Below the pieces are notes generated by a model that was not told where the DNA came from, did no database searches, and worked only from the letters and a program-made list of their open reading frames with translations. DNA of 63,987 bases, filler included, from Reticulomyxa filosa (lineage: Eukaryota; Protista; Foraminifera): NCBI GenBank assembly GCA_000512085.1. It is 18 parts of 18 records of this genome, joined end to end, with 100 filler letters (N's around TTAATTAATTAA, not from the genome) between each part and the next. Parts side by side here need not be neighbours in the genome. Positions count along the whole stretch, not along the records: positions 37,796 to 40,521 come from ASPP01024623.1; positions 40,622 to 41,773 come from ASPP01010837.1; positions 41,874 to 60,690 come from ASPP01020168.1; 15 more parts are not named here. The stretch is one strand, 5' to 3'. The stretch's first letter is position 1. Each line of letters begins with the position of its first letter. The position numbers and the translations under genes are program-made. Of this stretch, positions 37,796 to 51,855 are shown in pieces.

Positions 37796-40521
37796 TACAT
37801 TGTAAATATCCAAGCCTTTATTTCATTCGGCAAATAATAGAGCGATTTTTGAATTGTCGATCCGTTTATTGATTGGCACGGCCTTGTTTCTTTTTTAATA
37901 AATGCGCAACAACATTGCTCTCTTCCGCACACACCAACAGCAGCGGCACCCAAATATTGTGGAGCACAAAACGACAGTCCAATGTATTGACATAATTGAC
38001 AAATGAGTAAAATGAACGTGGACTGCATTTCGTGGTCATCATCAATATCATTGTTAGCACTGTGCTTGGCGTTGTCACATCCATCCAGCAGCTTCCATTG
38101 AGGGGTACTATGTGAAGTAGTCCAAGATAAGAATCCGCAAAGTCGCTACTTGTGAATGTGAAGAGCCATAACAAGGTAACAGCGACAGACAATCTTTTTT
38201 TTTTTAAACAATTCCAACTACGGCATGCCCTTGAAACAATCTTTTTTTAAACCATCCTCATCTTCTTATTTGCTAATGGTCTTGATTTGAGTATCGCAAA
38301 ATTAGTCCACCAAATTGGAACCACGACAGCATCGGGAGAATAATCCCATGTGAGAGTGGCTTACTCGTCGCCATATGTGATGTTTTCTATAACGTCCGCA
38401 TCCCTTTTTCTTTGTCTTCCTTTTTTCCGGATCAATCCAGTCGCTTCTCTGTGATGATACCATGTGTCGATATCGTTTTTTTTTCTGCGTGGTATTAAAT
38501 CTTTCTTTCTGGATCTTGATGCAGCCAACTACAAAAGCAAGTTTACCAAGAAAAAATGTCCCAGTTCAATTGAGGACATCTTTCTTCAACTATTCCAATG
38601 ACATCACATGATGGATATTTTCAAAATGCGAAACTCATCCACTCTAGTCGCCCTTATGATGAAGGATACACATTGACATTGGATAACAGCCGTTCTTAGA
38701 AATTTGTGCATTCGTCACAATGCATCCATTCAATAATATTTGGATGAGCGATTCAAGGATGGAGTTAGTGCAATTCCTATTTTGTTCTTCATTGTTTGAC
38801 GTATTCGTTCTTGGCTTTCTTGACGTTCTGAGTGCCATGTGCAACGATTTTTGAGCTCACTACGTGATTCAAAATTTAAAACAACGTCTATTCGAATCCA
38901 ACTCAACTTGGCGACTTGCACTTCATTATCCTCCAAGTACTGTAATAATGCAACCAATACAAAGTATTGAGTCGCATCCAACACGCCTTCTGTGGCTCAC
39001 AGTCGATATGGAGACCATCACTGCAAGAGTATAGTGTATTGCGTCTGTCGAATAAGTGACGATCATCTTTGCCGAACTGAGCTAGTTTTCTCTATCTCTT
39101 TTCACAATCATTAATGCTTATGCCACTCGCGCTCTCACTATTTCTCACATCAGCAGCACACGGGCGACTAAAAAACCAATGTTGCGAATGTGCGTACGCT
39201 CACGAACAGTTTCAACACTAGTAGTTAGCGCTATTTTTAAAACAATCACGCTTCTCTTGGCCCATGTAAATCGCAGCTCGACTACCTCTTTGCGGATGAT
39301 TGTTGGCACAGCGCCAGAGACTTGTGTGCACATATGATGGCCAAGTTCTTTTAAATGTTCGGGTATCACTGCTGGACGTTTCTACGCGCTTCTTCATTTT
39401 ATTTGATTGGAGCGTTCTATGGGAAGGTAATGAATGTCTGGAAACATGAAGTTTGCACTTGCGGGTTTGAAGATCCAGAGCATAATCAACTAAGTAAATC
39501 TGCAAACATTTTTTAAAAAAAACAGACCTAACGAGAATCTTTCGATATTTTCTTTCTTTTTTCATTCTCATCCTTCTCATATCATATTTCTATTCTTGGC
39601 TGTCAATGTACTGGCGGAGTTTCGCACAACCCATCTTCCAAGTTGAACCAGCCACACATGGAACATTCTTCCAACGTAGTGGTTTTCTCACTTGACGTAA
39701 GTAAGTGTTTCCTAACAACTTACACGTTTTTTTTCAACGATTTCCACTTCTCTGCCGCCGTTGCAACGCCATCTTTTCTAATTTGATAGTATCACCATCT
39801 TTCTTTCGCCGTCTGGCACCAGATCTACTTTCCGGGACTTGTATGGAAAAATCTTGTCGAACGGTTCCATGATTGCATATTGACTTCGTAATTGAAAAAA
39901 ATCTCATCCATTTTGATAAGAGACACACTTTGCGCGACATTTCCAGTATGTACAATATTTCTATTTTAGAGTTGATGATTGAGTTAGTAACATTTTTATT
40001 TATTTATTTTCATTCTTGTGCGTCTTCGTTGATCCAGACTACATAATCAAAACACTCATGATAAACCCAAAATTGCGCATATGCGCACGTACACGATAAT
40101 TTTCGATAAGCGACCGGTCTCAACTGCTACTGATCTTCATGTCTTGCTGTCTGTCTTGAATTTGTGCAACCTTCACCAAATTAAGACGCTTCACTCCGAG
40201 CGAACAGTCTTCGCGCTTCTCTTCTTTTTTTCTCATTATTCTTTTTCATTTCCCCTCTTTTTCCCTTTAACTTTTTTATCTTTTTTAATCTTTTTTTACT
40301 TTTTTCCAATTGCCAATTTTATTTTTTTTTTCATTTTGCAACATTTTTCTTTTTTGTTTTCTAATTCTTTTTATTTTTTTCCATTTTCTCATTCTTTTCT
40401 TAAATAAAATTTTTTCTCCATTTTTTTACATTTATTTTTTCTCTTTTTTCCCAATATTTTCACAATATTTTACAAATATTTTCCCAATATTTTCACAATA
40501 TTTTTATAATATTTTCCCAAT
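37796..40521 (-). repeat. Degenerate dispersed repeat or pseudogene family, copy B
   Basis: Colinear with ~110-2160 of copy A. Ends in a T-rich tract with a tandem ATTTT(C)CCAAT-like array at ~40445-40521. Confidence 0.7.
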
Positions 40522-40743
40522 NNNNNNNNNNNNNNNNNNNNNNNNNNNNNNNNNNNNNNNNNNNNTTAATTAATTAANNNNNNNNNNNNNNNNNNNNNNN
40601 NNNNNNNNNNNNNNNNNNNNNTTTTGTTTTATTTTATTTTATTTTGTTTTGTTTTGTTTTGTTTTGTTTTGTTTTGGGTTTTTGGTCGAAAATGAAATGT
40701 ACTGTTTACTTCATTCCATTGTTTCTTTTTTTTTTGAATGCAG

Positions 40744-40929
40744 GAATTTGCAGAGAAACTAAGGCAATCCAAGGAAGAAATTAGAAACAAAAGCAACGAA
40801 AATAACTTACACACAAGTGCTTTAACTATGCTGGACAATGAACTACTTAAAGACGATCTCACCACTGTTGACTCGCCTCAAGAGTCCAATCGCGGAACTT
40901 ATGTCCCACCAAAGCCACAAGACCTGTGA
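40744..40929 (+). CDS. Terminal exon of a hypothetical protein
   Basis: TGCAG acceptor, then EFAEKLRQSKEEIRNK..VPPKPQDL*. Confidence 0.4.
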   Translation, partial: EFAEKLRQSKEEIRNKSNENNLHTSALTMLDNELLKDDLTTVDSPQESNRGTYVPPKPQDL

Positions 40930-41940
40930 ATTTTTTTTTTTGGTTTCTCCTTTCTTTCCAAATCTCTCTCTCTACACATATACATCCATACCATAAACTC
41001 TCCCTTTTCCTTGCGTTTGCTTCGTTGTCGCGTATTTATACAAAGGTAAAGGGGGCACCCCTTTTTTTAAAAAAAAAAAAAAAAAACAAAATCGATAAAA
41101 TAGAAGATACATGCAACTTGTTTTTTGCTCTCTTTTTCTTTGTTTGTCGATTTTGTTTTTGTTTTTGTTTTTTTTGTTTGTCTGTTTGTTTGTTTTTGAT
41201 TTTGTTTGTTTTTGTTTTTAAACCGTTTTCATAGAGTTTTTTTTGTCAATTTCAATATCTCCAGTGGTTCAATAACTGTTGTTTAAGCCGATCCTTCTCT
41301 CAATCACATCATGTTCCCAGTGTTGCTACTAATACCTTTGTTTCTTTTTTTGTTGATATTTTTTGGGGGGAAACGATTTTCTATTTTACGGTTGCAAAAT
41401 GGAATAATGATTAAAATTCTCAAACTTTCTGATCGATTTTGGTATTTATGTGATAGATTGTGTTATACGAGGATTCCTTAAAATACGAGCCAAGCCTTGT
41501 CGCTGGTAGTTAATTTGTTATGCTCTTTGATTTTACACGTCTTCAACAGTAATCAAATGCTAAATTAGAAAGTCACATCTTGAAATGATTCATAAATGAT
41601 TGAATATTTTCTTTTTTTAAGTTTGTGCACACTGTTTTTTGTTTATTAAAAAATTTTTCAAATGGCCAATAAAATTTTTTGTCATGCTTGTTAAAGAAAA
41701 ACAACTTAAATTAAAAGTACAACACGAAAAAGAAAAAACAACGAATATTTAAGCGTGTAACAGTAAGCAAAAANNNNNNNNNNNNNNNNNNNNNNNNNNN
41801 NNNNNNNNNNNNNNNNNTTAATTAATTAANNNNNNNNNNNNNNNNNNNNNNNNNNNNNNNNNNNNNNNNNNNNAAAAAAAAAAGTCAAAGCATATTGTCC
41901 CTTCTTTCCAAAAAAATTTTGTGTACCACTGTTGTCATAG

Positions 41941-42365
41941 GATTGGATGATGCTTGCGTCTATTTGCTTGGCTATGCACTGTTATCTTTGCCCGACAGTG
42001 AGTATTCACATTTGACTGAATTATCCTTTTATGGTAACAAGGCTATAAGCGACACTTCATTGCACTTCTTATTGAATCAAGTCATTGCAAAAAAATGCAT
42101 CTTTTTGAGGAAATTATTTCTAATGTGGTGCAATGTAACCAACAAATTTTGCAAAAATATTGCGCAGTTCTATACTTTGCACCCCAAGCACGCATTGTAT
42201 GTAATGTTTCTCAATCATAATCAAGGGATTGATGACAATGGGTGCATCTTGCTCAATGGAGTTTTACAAGGAACTTTGAAAGAGAGAACAGAAATGCAAT
42301 TTAATGTTTCTGACTGCTCTGTCAAGGAAAGACATGTTTGGGACAAGCGATTGATCATTGAGTGA
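41941..42365 (+). CDS. Leucine-rich-repeat (RNI-like) protein, terminal exon
   Basis: HLTELSFYGNKAISDTSL, FLRKLFLMWCNVTN and LYVMFLNHNQGIDDNGC repeats. Confidence 0.7.
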
Positions 42366-44061
42366 TCGATCAAAATATAAACTAATGCTTTCAGATTTTT
42401 TTGTTTCTTATCTCGTTTTCTTTGGAGATAATTCATCAAATGACAAAAATTGATTGTTTTCCAATTCATTATTTTCTAATATCAAGTTGCTTAAGTCGTA
42501 AAATACAGTATAATACAAAAAAGATTGACATATAAAAAATATTTTGCAAAGAGTTTTTGATTTTTTTAAATAATGCTTATTTTTGTTTATTATTGCTAAC
42601 AGTGCTTGAATAATGCTAAATTATACCAAAAAAGTAATCTTAAAATTTAAAATCAAATAATTAGCACATACACGTACCAAAAAACAAATTACAAAAAATA
42701 AAATGATATTATACTTGCACGACAACCAACTTTTTAAAAATTTACAAACATCAATAAAAGATTATCATCTTTAAAATAGTTATGAAACATTGCTGTCAAT
42801 AATGTAGAAAATCGAACATCTTTATAAAATGCTTTGTATAAACTCTTTTTTGCATTATACTATATTTTAAATTTTAATTATTGTTATATTTATATTGCAA
42901 TAGTTACTATATGATAACATTATAATACCTTTATATCAAACTTACTTTCGATCTTTCAGTATTATTTTATTATGTATTGCCATTTATATTATCTTTTGAT
43001 TATTATTCGTTTTTTGTGAAAATTTTAAGATAGTGTATGGCAAGTCAATATTATACAATAAAATACTAATGTAACGGTGGGACCCCTGGTGGGTTAAAAC
43101 TATATTCACAACAAAACTAACTTTTGCGTTTTATTTACTTGTTTTCCTATCTTGTGTTGAAATTATTTTTGTTAATTTAATTTCCTTTTACTGAAGTTGC
43201 TTTTTGGAATTAAGTTCATTTAGTATTACACTTAGTCATCTCACAGTTCCTACAATATTAACATTTCTTATTACACTTTACGCAAGCTTTATAGATATAG
43301 TAAGCACACTTAAAATGTCCGACATTCTTGTGATGACGCTGTATAAACTAATATCTTTAACTTAATGCAAACTATGATAAGCAGCTCAAATAATTGACTG
43401 TATAGTCTAATGTAATATTATTTATTTTTGGTTTGAACAATTATGATACTTTACAAAAAAATTATCTGTTTTTTATAATCTTTTTTAACAAATACTTTTT
43501 TTAATTATTACAAATTTATTGGTACAGCGCAACCACAGTTGCCGCAACATTCTTCTTTCTGGACGTTGTTACGTAGCAACTAGCCACTTAAAAAAGATTA
43601 TAATAAAAAATACAGTTTGATTTGAACTTAAATAAAACAAATGACAAAGTTTGATACAAAAAAGTTCAAAACAGTATTTCCCTTTTATTAAAGCACTGAT
43701 TTTGTTTGTTTGAACAAATAAATCTTTTTTTCAATTTTGTATTTTTTTGTTATTTGTCTTGATTTAATGGAAATTTATGTTTTGTGTTTTTTTGAATTTT
43801 TAGATTTTTAAGGGATGTAGTGCCATCAATTATCGAAACGCAAAACTTTTTCAAAATCGTTATTGTCATTTATACCTTAAGATAAGTTTACATTTGTTCC
43901 TTAATTCGCTGAATAATAACAGTCTACGCAGTTTCACGATAATGGATCAGAAAATAAGTGTTTAAACAGTATTTTTGCACGTTGATTAAAGCTTTTAAAA
44001 TTTTCTTTTTTTGAATTTTTAAGATAGATTTTTTGTGATATTAATCAACTTCATCAGCAAG

Positions 44062-45715
44062 ATGGGGTGTTGTTCATCCTCGGAAGATTTACGGAGCAAC
44101 AATCAAGTTTCTAAGGAATTGAATCAAGATAAAAAAGTTGATGCAAATGTGAAGAAATTGCTTTTCTTAGGCTCTGGTAAGCAACACTCGAAATGATCTT
44201 CAAACTTAAAATTTATTTTTGACGTATACTTTTTGGTTCCCAAAACTTGAATGACATTAAGGTATGTGAATAAAACTTAAAGGTGGTTCTGGAAAATCCA
44301 CGTTATTCAAACAATTACGTACGATTCATGGACAAGGATTCCAAGACAAGGACAGACAAGGGTATAAGGACCACATTTATAGCCAAATTATTGAACAAAT
44401 GAAAGAGTTGATCTCAGCATTTCAAGACTTGAAAGAAGAAGACCCCAACACCTTTGGAATCTTAAAAGTTCAGTTATTGAAAATTTTACCACAAATTTTT
44501 TTTTTCGTATACACTATAATATACTTATGTTTGTATTTTATGTACACCTGTGCATATGATAGCAATAAAGTTTTTTTTGATGTTTGGTGTGTACGTTGCT
44601 TTTTGATGATTGCGATTCACGTGTGAAATACTTGGTGTTAAATCCACTTGACATTGGCGGATAGTTTACAGAGGCAGGCGAATCTGCAGCCGAATACATG
44701 GAGAGCTTAAGAGGAGATATGGATGTTAACGAAGAGGTTGCGGGAGCTATCGAAGCACTGTGGAAAGAAGAAGCCATTAAAGCAACCTTTGGCGAGAGAG
44801 CAAGACTGAAAATTGACGACTCGTCGGAATACTTTTTCAATGAAGTTGGAAGAATTTCAGTAAAAGGCTATGTTCCAACAGATAAGGTGAGCCAAATTAT
44901 TGAACAGATTTGTAAGAGCTCAGAGAGAAAAAAAAAGACAATAAATAATATCATTAATAAAAAATAATTGTTTACTTTGCTATATATCTTTTTTTACGAA
45001 AAAATAGGATATATTGATGGTTAGACATCGAACTACAGGAGTTGTTGAACAAAAGTTTGAGATTCACGGCACAACGTTTCACATTTTCGATGTTGGTGGA
45101 CAGCGCAGTGAGAGAAAGAAATGGATTCATTGTTTCGAACGCGTTACTGCAGTCATTTTTGTAGTATCATTAGCAGCCTACAACGAGGTGTGCGTATGAA
45201 TTTTATTATTATTGTATCACAAAAACGTATACCTTTTTGTTTATCAAAAATTTATCTCCCTTCATTTAGGTTATGTATGAAGATGAGCAATACAATTCGA
45301 TGGTGGACAGTATTGAATTGTTTAATGAAATTTGTAATTTACGTTGGTTTGCAAACACTGCAATGATATTGTTTTTAAATAAACAAGACGAATTTGCGAA
45401 AAGAATCCAACGTTACCCATTAACCGTTTGTTTTCCGGAATATGACGGTCTTTCTGAATATGAACCATGTATATCCTACATTAGACATCAATTTGAAAGC
45501 CAAAACTCGAATCCCAAGGACAAGCAGATTTACACTCATGTTACTTTAGCCACAGATAAAAATAATGTGGAACGTGTCTTTGGAGATGTACAGCATATCG
45601 TTATTAACACCAGTCTGGCTAATGGTTTGATTTCTTTCGTTTCTTGTCCTACTTATCAGTTATTTGTTTTTGACATACTTTGTGTATTTTGTGGCTAACA
45701 GGTGGATTGATTTGA
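44062..45715 (+). CDS. Heterotrimeric G-protein alpha subunit (six exons)
   Basis: MGCCSS lipidation motif; G1 GSGGSGKST, G2 RHRTTG, G3 [13 protein letters not shown]4 NKQD, G5 TLATD; C-terminus NGGLI*. Five phase-consistent GT-AG introns. Confidence 0.96.
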
Positions 45716-46346
45716 TCCTAATGCAATTGAACAAAAAGGAAGTTGTGAAATATTGGCTTTTTTTTTTCTATTACTCTTTTGTTGCAAATTAACGTGAGCT
45801 TCATAACGTCTCAAATTTGTCAGCTTTGAACTTGTGCAAGTGTTGTGGAAAAACTTGGCTTCTTGTCAATTAGAACTAATAAATTTTCAAACCAATCCTT
45901 CCTCGCTTGTTTGTACAAACATGCTACATTGGGACGTAAAATAGCTACTAATCACGCTTCGAGCAATAACAAATTTTTGTATATCTTTCTTTTTAAACAA
46001 ATCGAGTGATCGAAATAAAATGTATTTGAGCATGCTCAAAAATAAAATTTTAAAAAACACCAATTGAACTATTGAAAATACACTGACACGTCTTCAAACT
46101 CTTCTGAAAATTTTAGGTTAATACTTGATTATTGTAAAATTTTCATTTTTTGACTTTTATAGTCTCAAAAAAGGAAACATACCTTTGTTCGGTTGATGTT
46201 GTTTTGGATGAAAGATGAACACAAACAACAAAATTGCTCTCGCAAAGCACTTAACAATCAATTTTTATATTTTTTTTCCCCCTTCCAAGAAAAAAAATCG
46301 AGAGTGATGAATTATAAACTCGAGAAAACAAAACCAAAAAATCCCA

Positions 46347-47710
46347 TCAATTTATTGAAGAGTTGCTGACATGCCAAGTGACTCGTACACTACTAAAAGA
46401 TTGCATCCCAGTGAAAAGTGACAAAACAATAGCAGGAATGAGCAAAATGACAAGTTCAACACAAATTTGGGTGATGACTCCTAAATTTTGAAAACCGATG
46501 ATATAAATCAAGAACAAAAGAATGGAGCCATAAGATAGCATTACGTACAAAATGAGATAAATGCATTTCATGTAATAACTATTGCGATCACCAAGTGAGC
46601 AATATTTCCTCAGTCGAAATACATAAGGTACTAATGGAAGAGTGAGTAATCCAAAGAAGCTGTAGATTCCGACGAGCTTATTTTATGTATTGTGTATTAT
46701 GTATTTTATTTTTGAAGAAATAAACAAAATGCCAATGTTTGTTTTTGCAAGCAAATAAATGACAAACCCATCTCAATAGCATAGTCCGAAAATCAGTGTG
46801 AACAAATTCAACGACTTCTTTCAAAAATATCAATTTGCAAGCATTGAACCATAGAATTAAGCCTAAGAGCCAGTTATGACTAATTGAGTGGTTGTTGTAG
46901 TAATACTTTTCAACCCACAATGGGAAAAAATGTATTGCCTCCAATAAAATGGATGGAAACAACATCCACATTGTCAAGCAAAACCTTTGAAAAAATAATT
47001 TCAATTTTGATCGATAAGACATTTGAATGAATGCCAACTGTGATCTTACCGTACTGGAATATGCGATCATGGTGACAGAAGACAATAGCATGTACAACAA
47101 GCAAGATATCAATGACGTCCATAAATAACGCTTTTCATCCATAGTTTCATTATGTTTATAAATGGTGAGTTCTAAAATTGCGCACAAGAAACTTGGATAG
47201 ATGCAACACAGTGATAATATCAATTGGTGTATGCATTGTAATTTTGCTATGTCTTGATGTTCATCCATTAATGGAGATAAAAATAGTATAATATTCAATA
47301 CTGGTATCCATAGAATTTTTATCCATCTGTTGTGGTGCCGAGACAATCTTTTGTTATTATTAATTTTTTGTTGTTTTTTTCCACCCTCGGATCGCGCTCA
47401 ATTGTCAAAGCCCTTTTTGTTTGTTACTTTATTTGTGCGAGAAATACCTTTGATAATTTTTATAAAGTGTGTAAGCACACCACAAAGATAACAACAATAT
47501 CACCACCACAGTGATTCCCAAAGATACTATAAACAGATGAAAGGTGCTATGTTGAAGGTACACGGTCCAAATCACATATTGGTTTATTGCCATTGTCCAC
47601 AGCAGCCCTACCACGTTTATCCAGCCCCATGTATGCAATATACTTTGTGAACAACCATTTCTTCCTAGATTGATATTTTCTAAAAGCTGTTCTGAAGGAT
47701 CTGGAATCAT
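46347..47710 (-). CDS. Multi-pass membrane protein of unknown function
   Basis: Same-strand hydrophobic ORFs 47429-47710, 46678-47346 and 46347-46571 with many TM-like segments. Confidence 0.6.
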
Positions 47711-48074
47711 CTTTATCTCAAATCAAGTTTTAATTTTATTTGTTCAATATAAACGATCCCTTGTGACTCTTTCTTAGAAGTTCTGTCTTTGATACTTTTC
47801 GTACTACATAATTTCTGCTTTCCCTAAAAGGAAAAACCACACATAAACAAAATTTTGCTCGTCTTTCGTGTCGATAGATAAATATCAAAATTAGGAGATT
47901 TACTATTCTTTTCATTATTCGCTTTGTCATTATTATTTTTAAAAAGCAAAATTAACGCTGTTGCAATTCATATTTCGTCTTTTGTTTTCTTTACTTTTTT
48001 TCAATTATTAACAGTAAAATAACACTATGTGAACTTTTTCAGCATCCCATCCATTATCGACCAACAAGAAGGCA

Positions 48075-51000
48075 ATGGAAGTTGCAAATGATAGTGATGT
48101 TCTGCTCAGTATCCAAGATGTCTCAGCAGTAAGTTTGTTTATGCAATGGAGAGATTTCCATACTTGTTTTTTTTTGAACCGAACACAGCGGATTGAAAAA
48201 ACGATGAACGAAATGAATCAAGTGGATAAAGAGCTGGAGGAACTTTTTGATGAGCGCGTTCAATTGGAAGAAAGAGTGTCAAAACTAAAATCCTTCACGT
48301 TAAAACTCTTGATAATTTGTTGTTTGAAAAAAAAAAAAAAACAAAACAAAATAAACAAAACGAAAGAGCGGACATTGGATTAGTCCAAAACAAAGCCCAA
48401 ACAATGCACAAGCGATTACAAAAAGCATTTATATCGGCACAAGACATCTCCTCACAAGCGCAGCAATTGGACAAATCACAAACTCGAGTAGAGCAAGTGT
48501 TGCAACGGGTGAAACTAATATTGGACTTGAAAGTTGAAAAAGACTGTTCTTTCAACAAAAAAAAAAAAAAATTGTATAAACGTAATAATTTTTTATTTTA
48601 TTTTTTTTTTAAAAAAAAAGGAAACAATAAAACAAGTGGAGCAATGTGTTGACGAATCGAAATATGATGTTGCTTGCAAGGAAATTCATCGACTATTGCA
48701 TCAAGCCAATGTTAACTTCAAGCATACGTATACGTACTTTTTTTTTCTTCCTCCCCCCCCCCTCCCCTCTCCTCTTAATTTCCATCTTTACTCCATTTTT
48801 TTTTTTACTTTACGCTGAAATGTGTTGGCAACAACTTAAAAAAAAAACCAAACAATGTAGAAATTGGATTTGAAAGAGGCGGATGAAGCGTCGTATATGA
48901 TATTATTGGATAGCAAGGAAAGACTTCAGCACTTGGTGAAGGAGAAGTGTGAGAACGCGTTGAGTGGAAACGATTTGAAAGTGGTGTTGGAATTTGCGCG
49001 GTTGTATCCTTATTTGGATTTGTCAAAGGAAGGATTGTCATTGTATTGCGAAGCATTGAAGCGTGAGACGATGATGGAATTGGAGAATCGGTCTCTGTTG
49101 TTTGATTGCAAGGAGTTTGTGGACATTAAAAACAGTAAAGAAGAGCACATTCCTTACGTGTCTGTGCTGGAAGGTTTGGTGGATGCTCTCTTCACTGTCA
49201 TCAATGACAACGTAAACAACTTGAAGCAAATGTTTGGAGAAGGCAGTGAACTGTTGCTAGCGCAGAAATTGTATGGCGAAGCCGACAGAGAAATACACAA
49301 ATTATTGGCTCATTATATTCAGCATTTTGACCTTCCTAAATTGGCTAAGTTTGTTAAGTTGATTTTTATTCTGTCTTTGTTTTTTTCCGAATGTTCTTAT
49401 CTCAACTTTTTTGCGTGTTTTCGTTTTTTTTTTTTTTTTTTCCTCCCCCCCTTTCGAAAAAAAAAAAAAAGGCGGATATGTTCGGAAAAGCGGCCCTTCA
49501 AAAAGGGGGGCTAATCTCAATTTTTAAAGAGGAAAACAATCGAGAGTATTTCGAAAAGTTGTTGCAACAGCTAGGGTTTCCCTTGGACAAACTGGATGAG
49601 TTGCTGCAAGAAATAGCACACGTTTGCAGCGAATTGGAATCATTTGACGCGACGATGCGCTCATACATGTCCGATGCAAAGCAAATGATCGAACAAAGCA
49701 ATAATTCTCTCTTGGAACAAGAAGTTCCCAAGAATTTCCCGGCCGAAACCAAGATCAACACGATTCGTCATCAATACATTTCGTATTATATTATATTGGA
49801 GCAATTCAATATGCAATATAAACTTTATCGAGTTTTGACAACAAAGTTTTTTTTTTTGTCTTTGGTGATAATGAGTTCCTCCATTTTCAAACTCGATGAC
49901 AACGTGAAAAATGATAGATAATGAACGAAGACAACATACACAACGAGGAACAATTGATATCGTCGTCTTCGGAATTGTCATTTTTTGTATTAAAAAAAAT
50001 TGCAATCCGTGCGTTTAATACGTACGACGTGAATGCGGCTTGCGCGGTGATTAATCACATTAGCAACACTTTAGACGGATTTTACAAAGAGTGGCTCGAC
50101 ATGAACTTGCGACAGCAAAAGGGACAAGAAGACAAATCCTTTGCGGAGCATTTATGGCAACAATCCAAAAAAACACTTTATTCTTCGACTGCAATCAAAT
50201 CTCCCGAAGAAAGTAAAACTACTATTATCATACTCAATAATTTGGATCAAAGCATGTCCAATACGTATACTTTGAAGTATCAATTAGAAGGTTAAGGTTT
50301 GTTGTTTCTTTGTGTTATATTTGTCCACATTTTTTTTTTTTTTTTTTGAAATGTTAAAAAAATATATATGTGTATATGTACATGTACATAAACACTGTAG
50401 AGGAAATGGAAACAATTTTTCGGATATTAGTGAAAAGGAAAAGTTTAAAGTTCGACATTGCTTGGATATGTTATTTGAGATATCCAAGGCGTTTGAGCGG
50501 ATAGTCGAACGTGGCATTTCTCGATATGCGCAATCATATCATGGCTATCTCGAGGCCAGCTTAGATCGGTTTCGAAATTTCAGTTATTTAATCACAGAAA
50601 AACAGTTTTTAACTGGAACATTTGAATTGAATCGTAGTGCTCCGTCCAATTTGGTTGTGTCTGCCGCTAGTGATGTCGTTGGAGTTAGTGGCGCGTCGGG
50701 GGGACTCACCGGCACCAATCTCATTCCCTTTGTTGATCATTTGGAACAGTCCTTTCGTCCACATCTGTTTGCTTTGAGCAGACAATTGACATCTGCTAAT
50801 TTCGATCGCATGTTAACGCATTTGCTACAGTTTTTTAATGATCGCTTGGAACAAATTATTTTACAACAAAGATTCACTTTTTGGGGAGGTATGCAACTCG
50901 ACAAAGATCGACAACGATTGGAGACTTTCTTCAGTGAATTGAGCAAAACACGATCCATCAGAGATCATTTTAGTCGCACTAGACAAATTGTGTCATTATT

Positions 51001-51187
51001 GCAATTGACAAAAGTTGAGGAAGTTAAGAATTACTTGTCTGGACATAATGCCACGAGCTCTGGAGATCTCACCTCTGCTACTTCAGCAAACACATTGTCC
51101 ACTGACGAAATTCTTAAATTTCTCAGACTAAGAATTGAGTTTACTCCGGCACAAATCCAAAAAATAAAAGAACAGTACTCTTACTAA
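48075..51187 (+). CDS. COG4: Conserved oligomeric Golgi complex subunit 4 (eight exons)
   Basis: N-terminal coiled coil RVEQVLQRVKLILDLK; FFVLKKIAIRA; C-terminal FTFWGGMQLDKD..SIRDHFSRTRQIVSLLQL..LSTDEILKFLRLRIEF. Confidence 0.88.
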
Positions 51188-51855
51188 TCCAACGAAAATA
51201 ATTATATAATAATAAATCTTATTTTTGCAATAGATAATGGTTTTTTCAAATTGAATTTCTTTCATGATTGAGAGCAAAAATTTAAATTTGACTTTGCTTA
51301 ACACCAACATTTAACACCTTTTTAAAAATATTAATTTTCAAATTTTTTTGTTTATTGAGGTAAAAAATTTTGTGAGCGACATACAACCAATTATCGAATA
51401 ACGGCAAAATATTTTTAAACTGAAAAAATTGCCCAAAATTTATTAAAGTAAAAACTATATTTTGCACAATTCATCAAAAATTATTACACATTCTAAATTA
51501 CAAACTAAAAAAAGAAAATTCAACAAAAAGTAACAATATCAATTAATAACAAAAACAACGGTCAATGAACAAATCAGCACAAATAGACATCAATCAATTA
51601 TAAAATTTGTCGCAAATACAAATTCATATATAAAATAAAAAACATAAATCAATTAAGCAAATCCTTAATCAAAGAAATGGTTAGTCAAAACATTTACAAT
51701 ATTACAATATCATATATCTTTTTTTTAATATGCTTTATAATGATGTTTTTTTTAATTCTTTTGTCTGTAAGCATATTCTTGGAAATGTCAACTATATGGA
51801 TATAACCTGGTGAGTGTTAGCAAGATTCAAAAAAGGTTGTCGTGAACAACTGCAC

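Noticed and set aside
43070-43573. Solo LTR (TGTAACG...GTTACG)
   Set aside because: The 3' end is not CA, there is no target-site duplication, and no second copy in the window.
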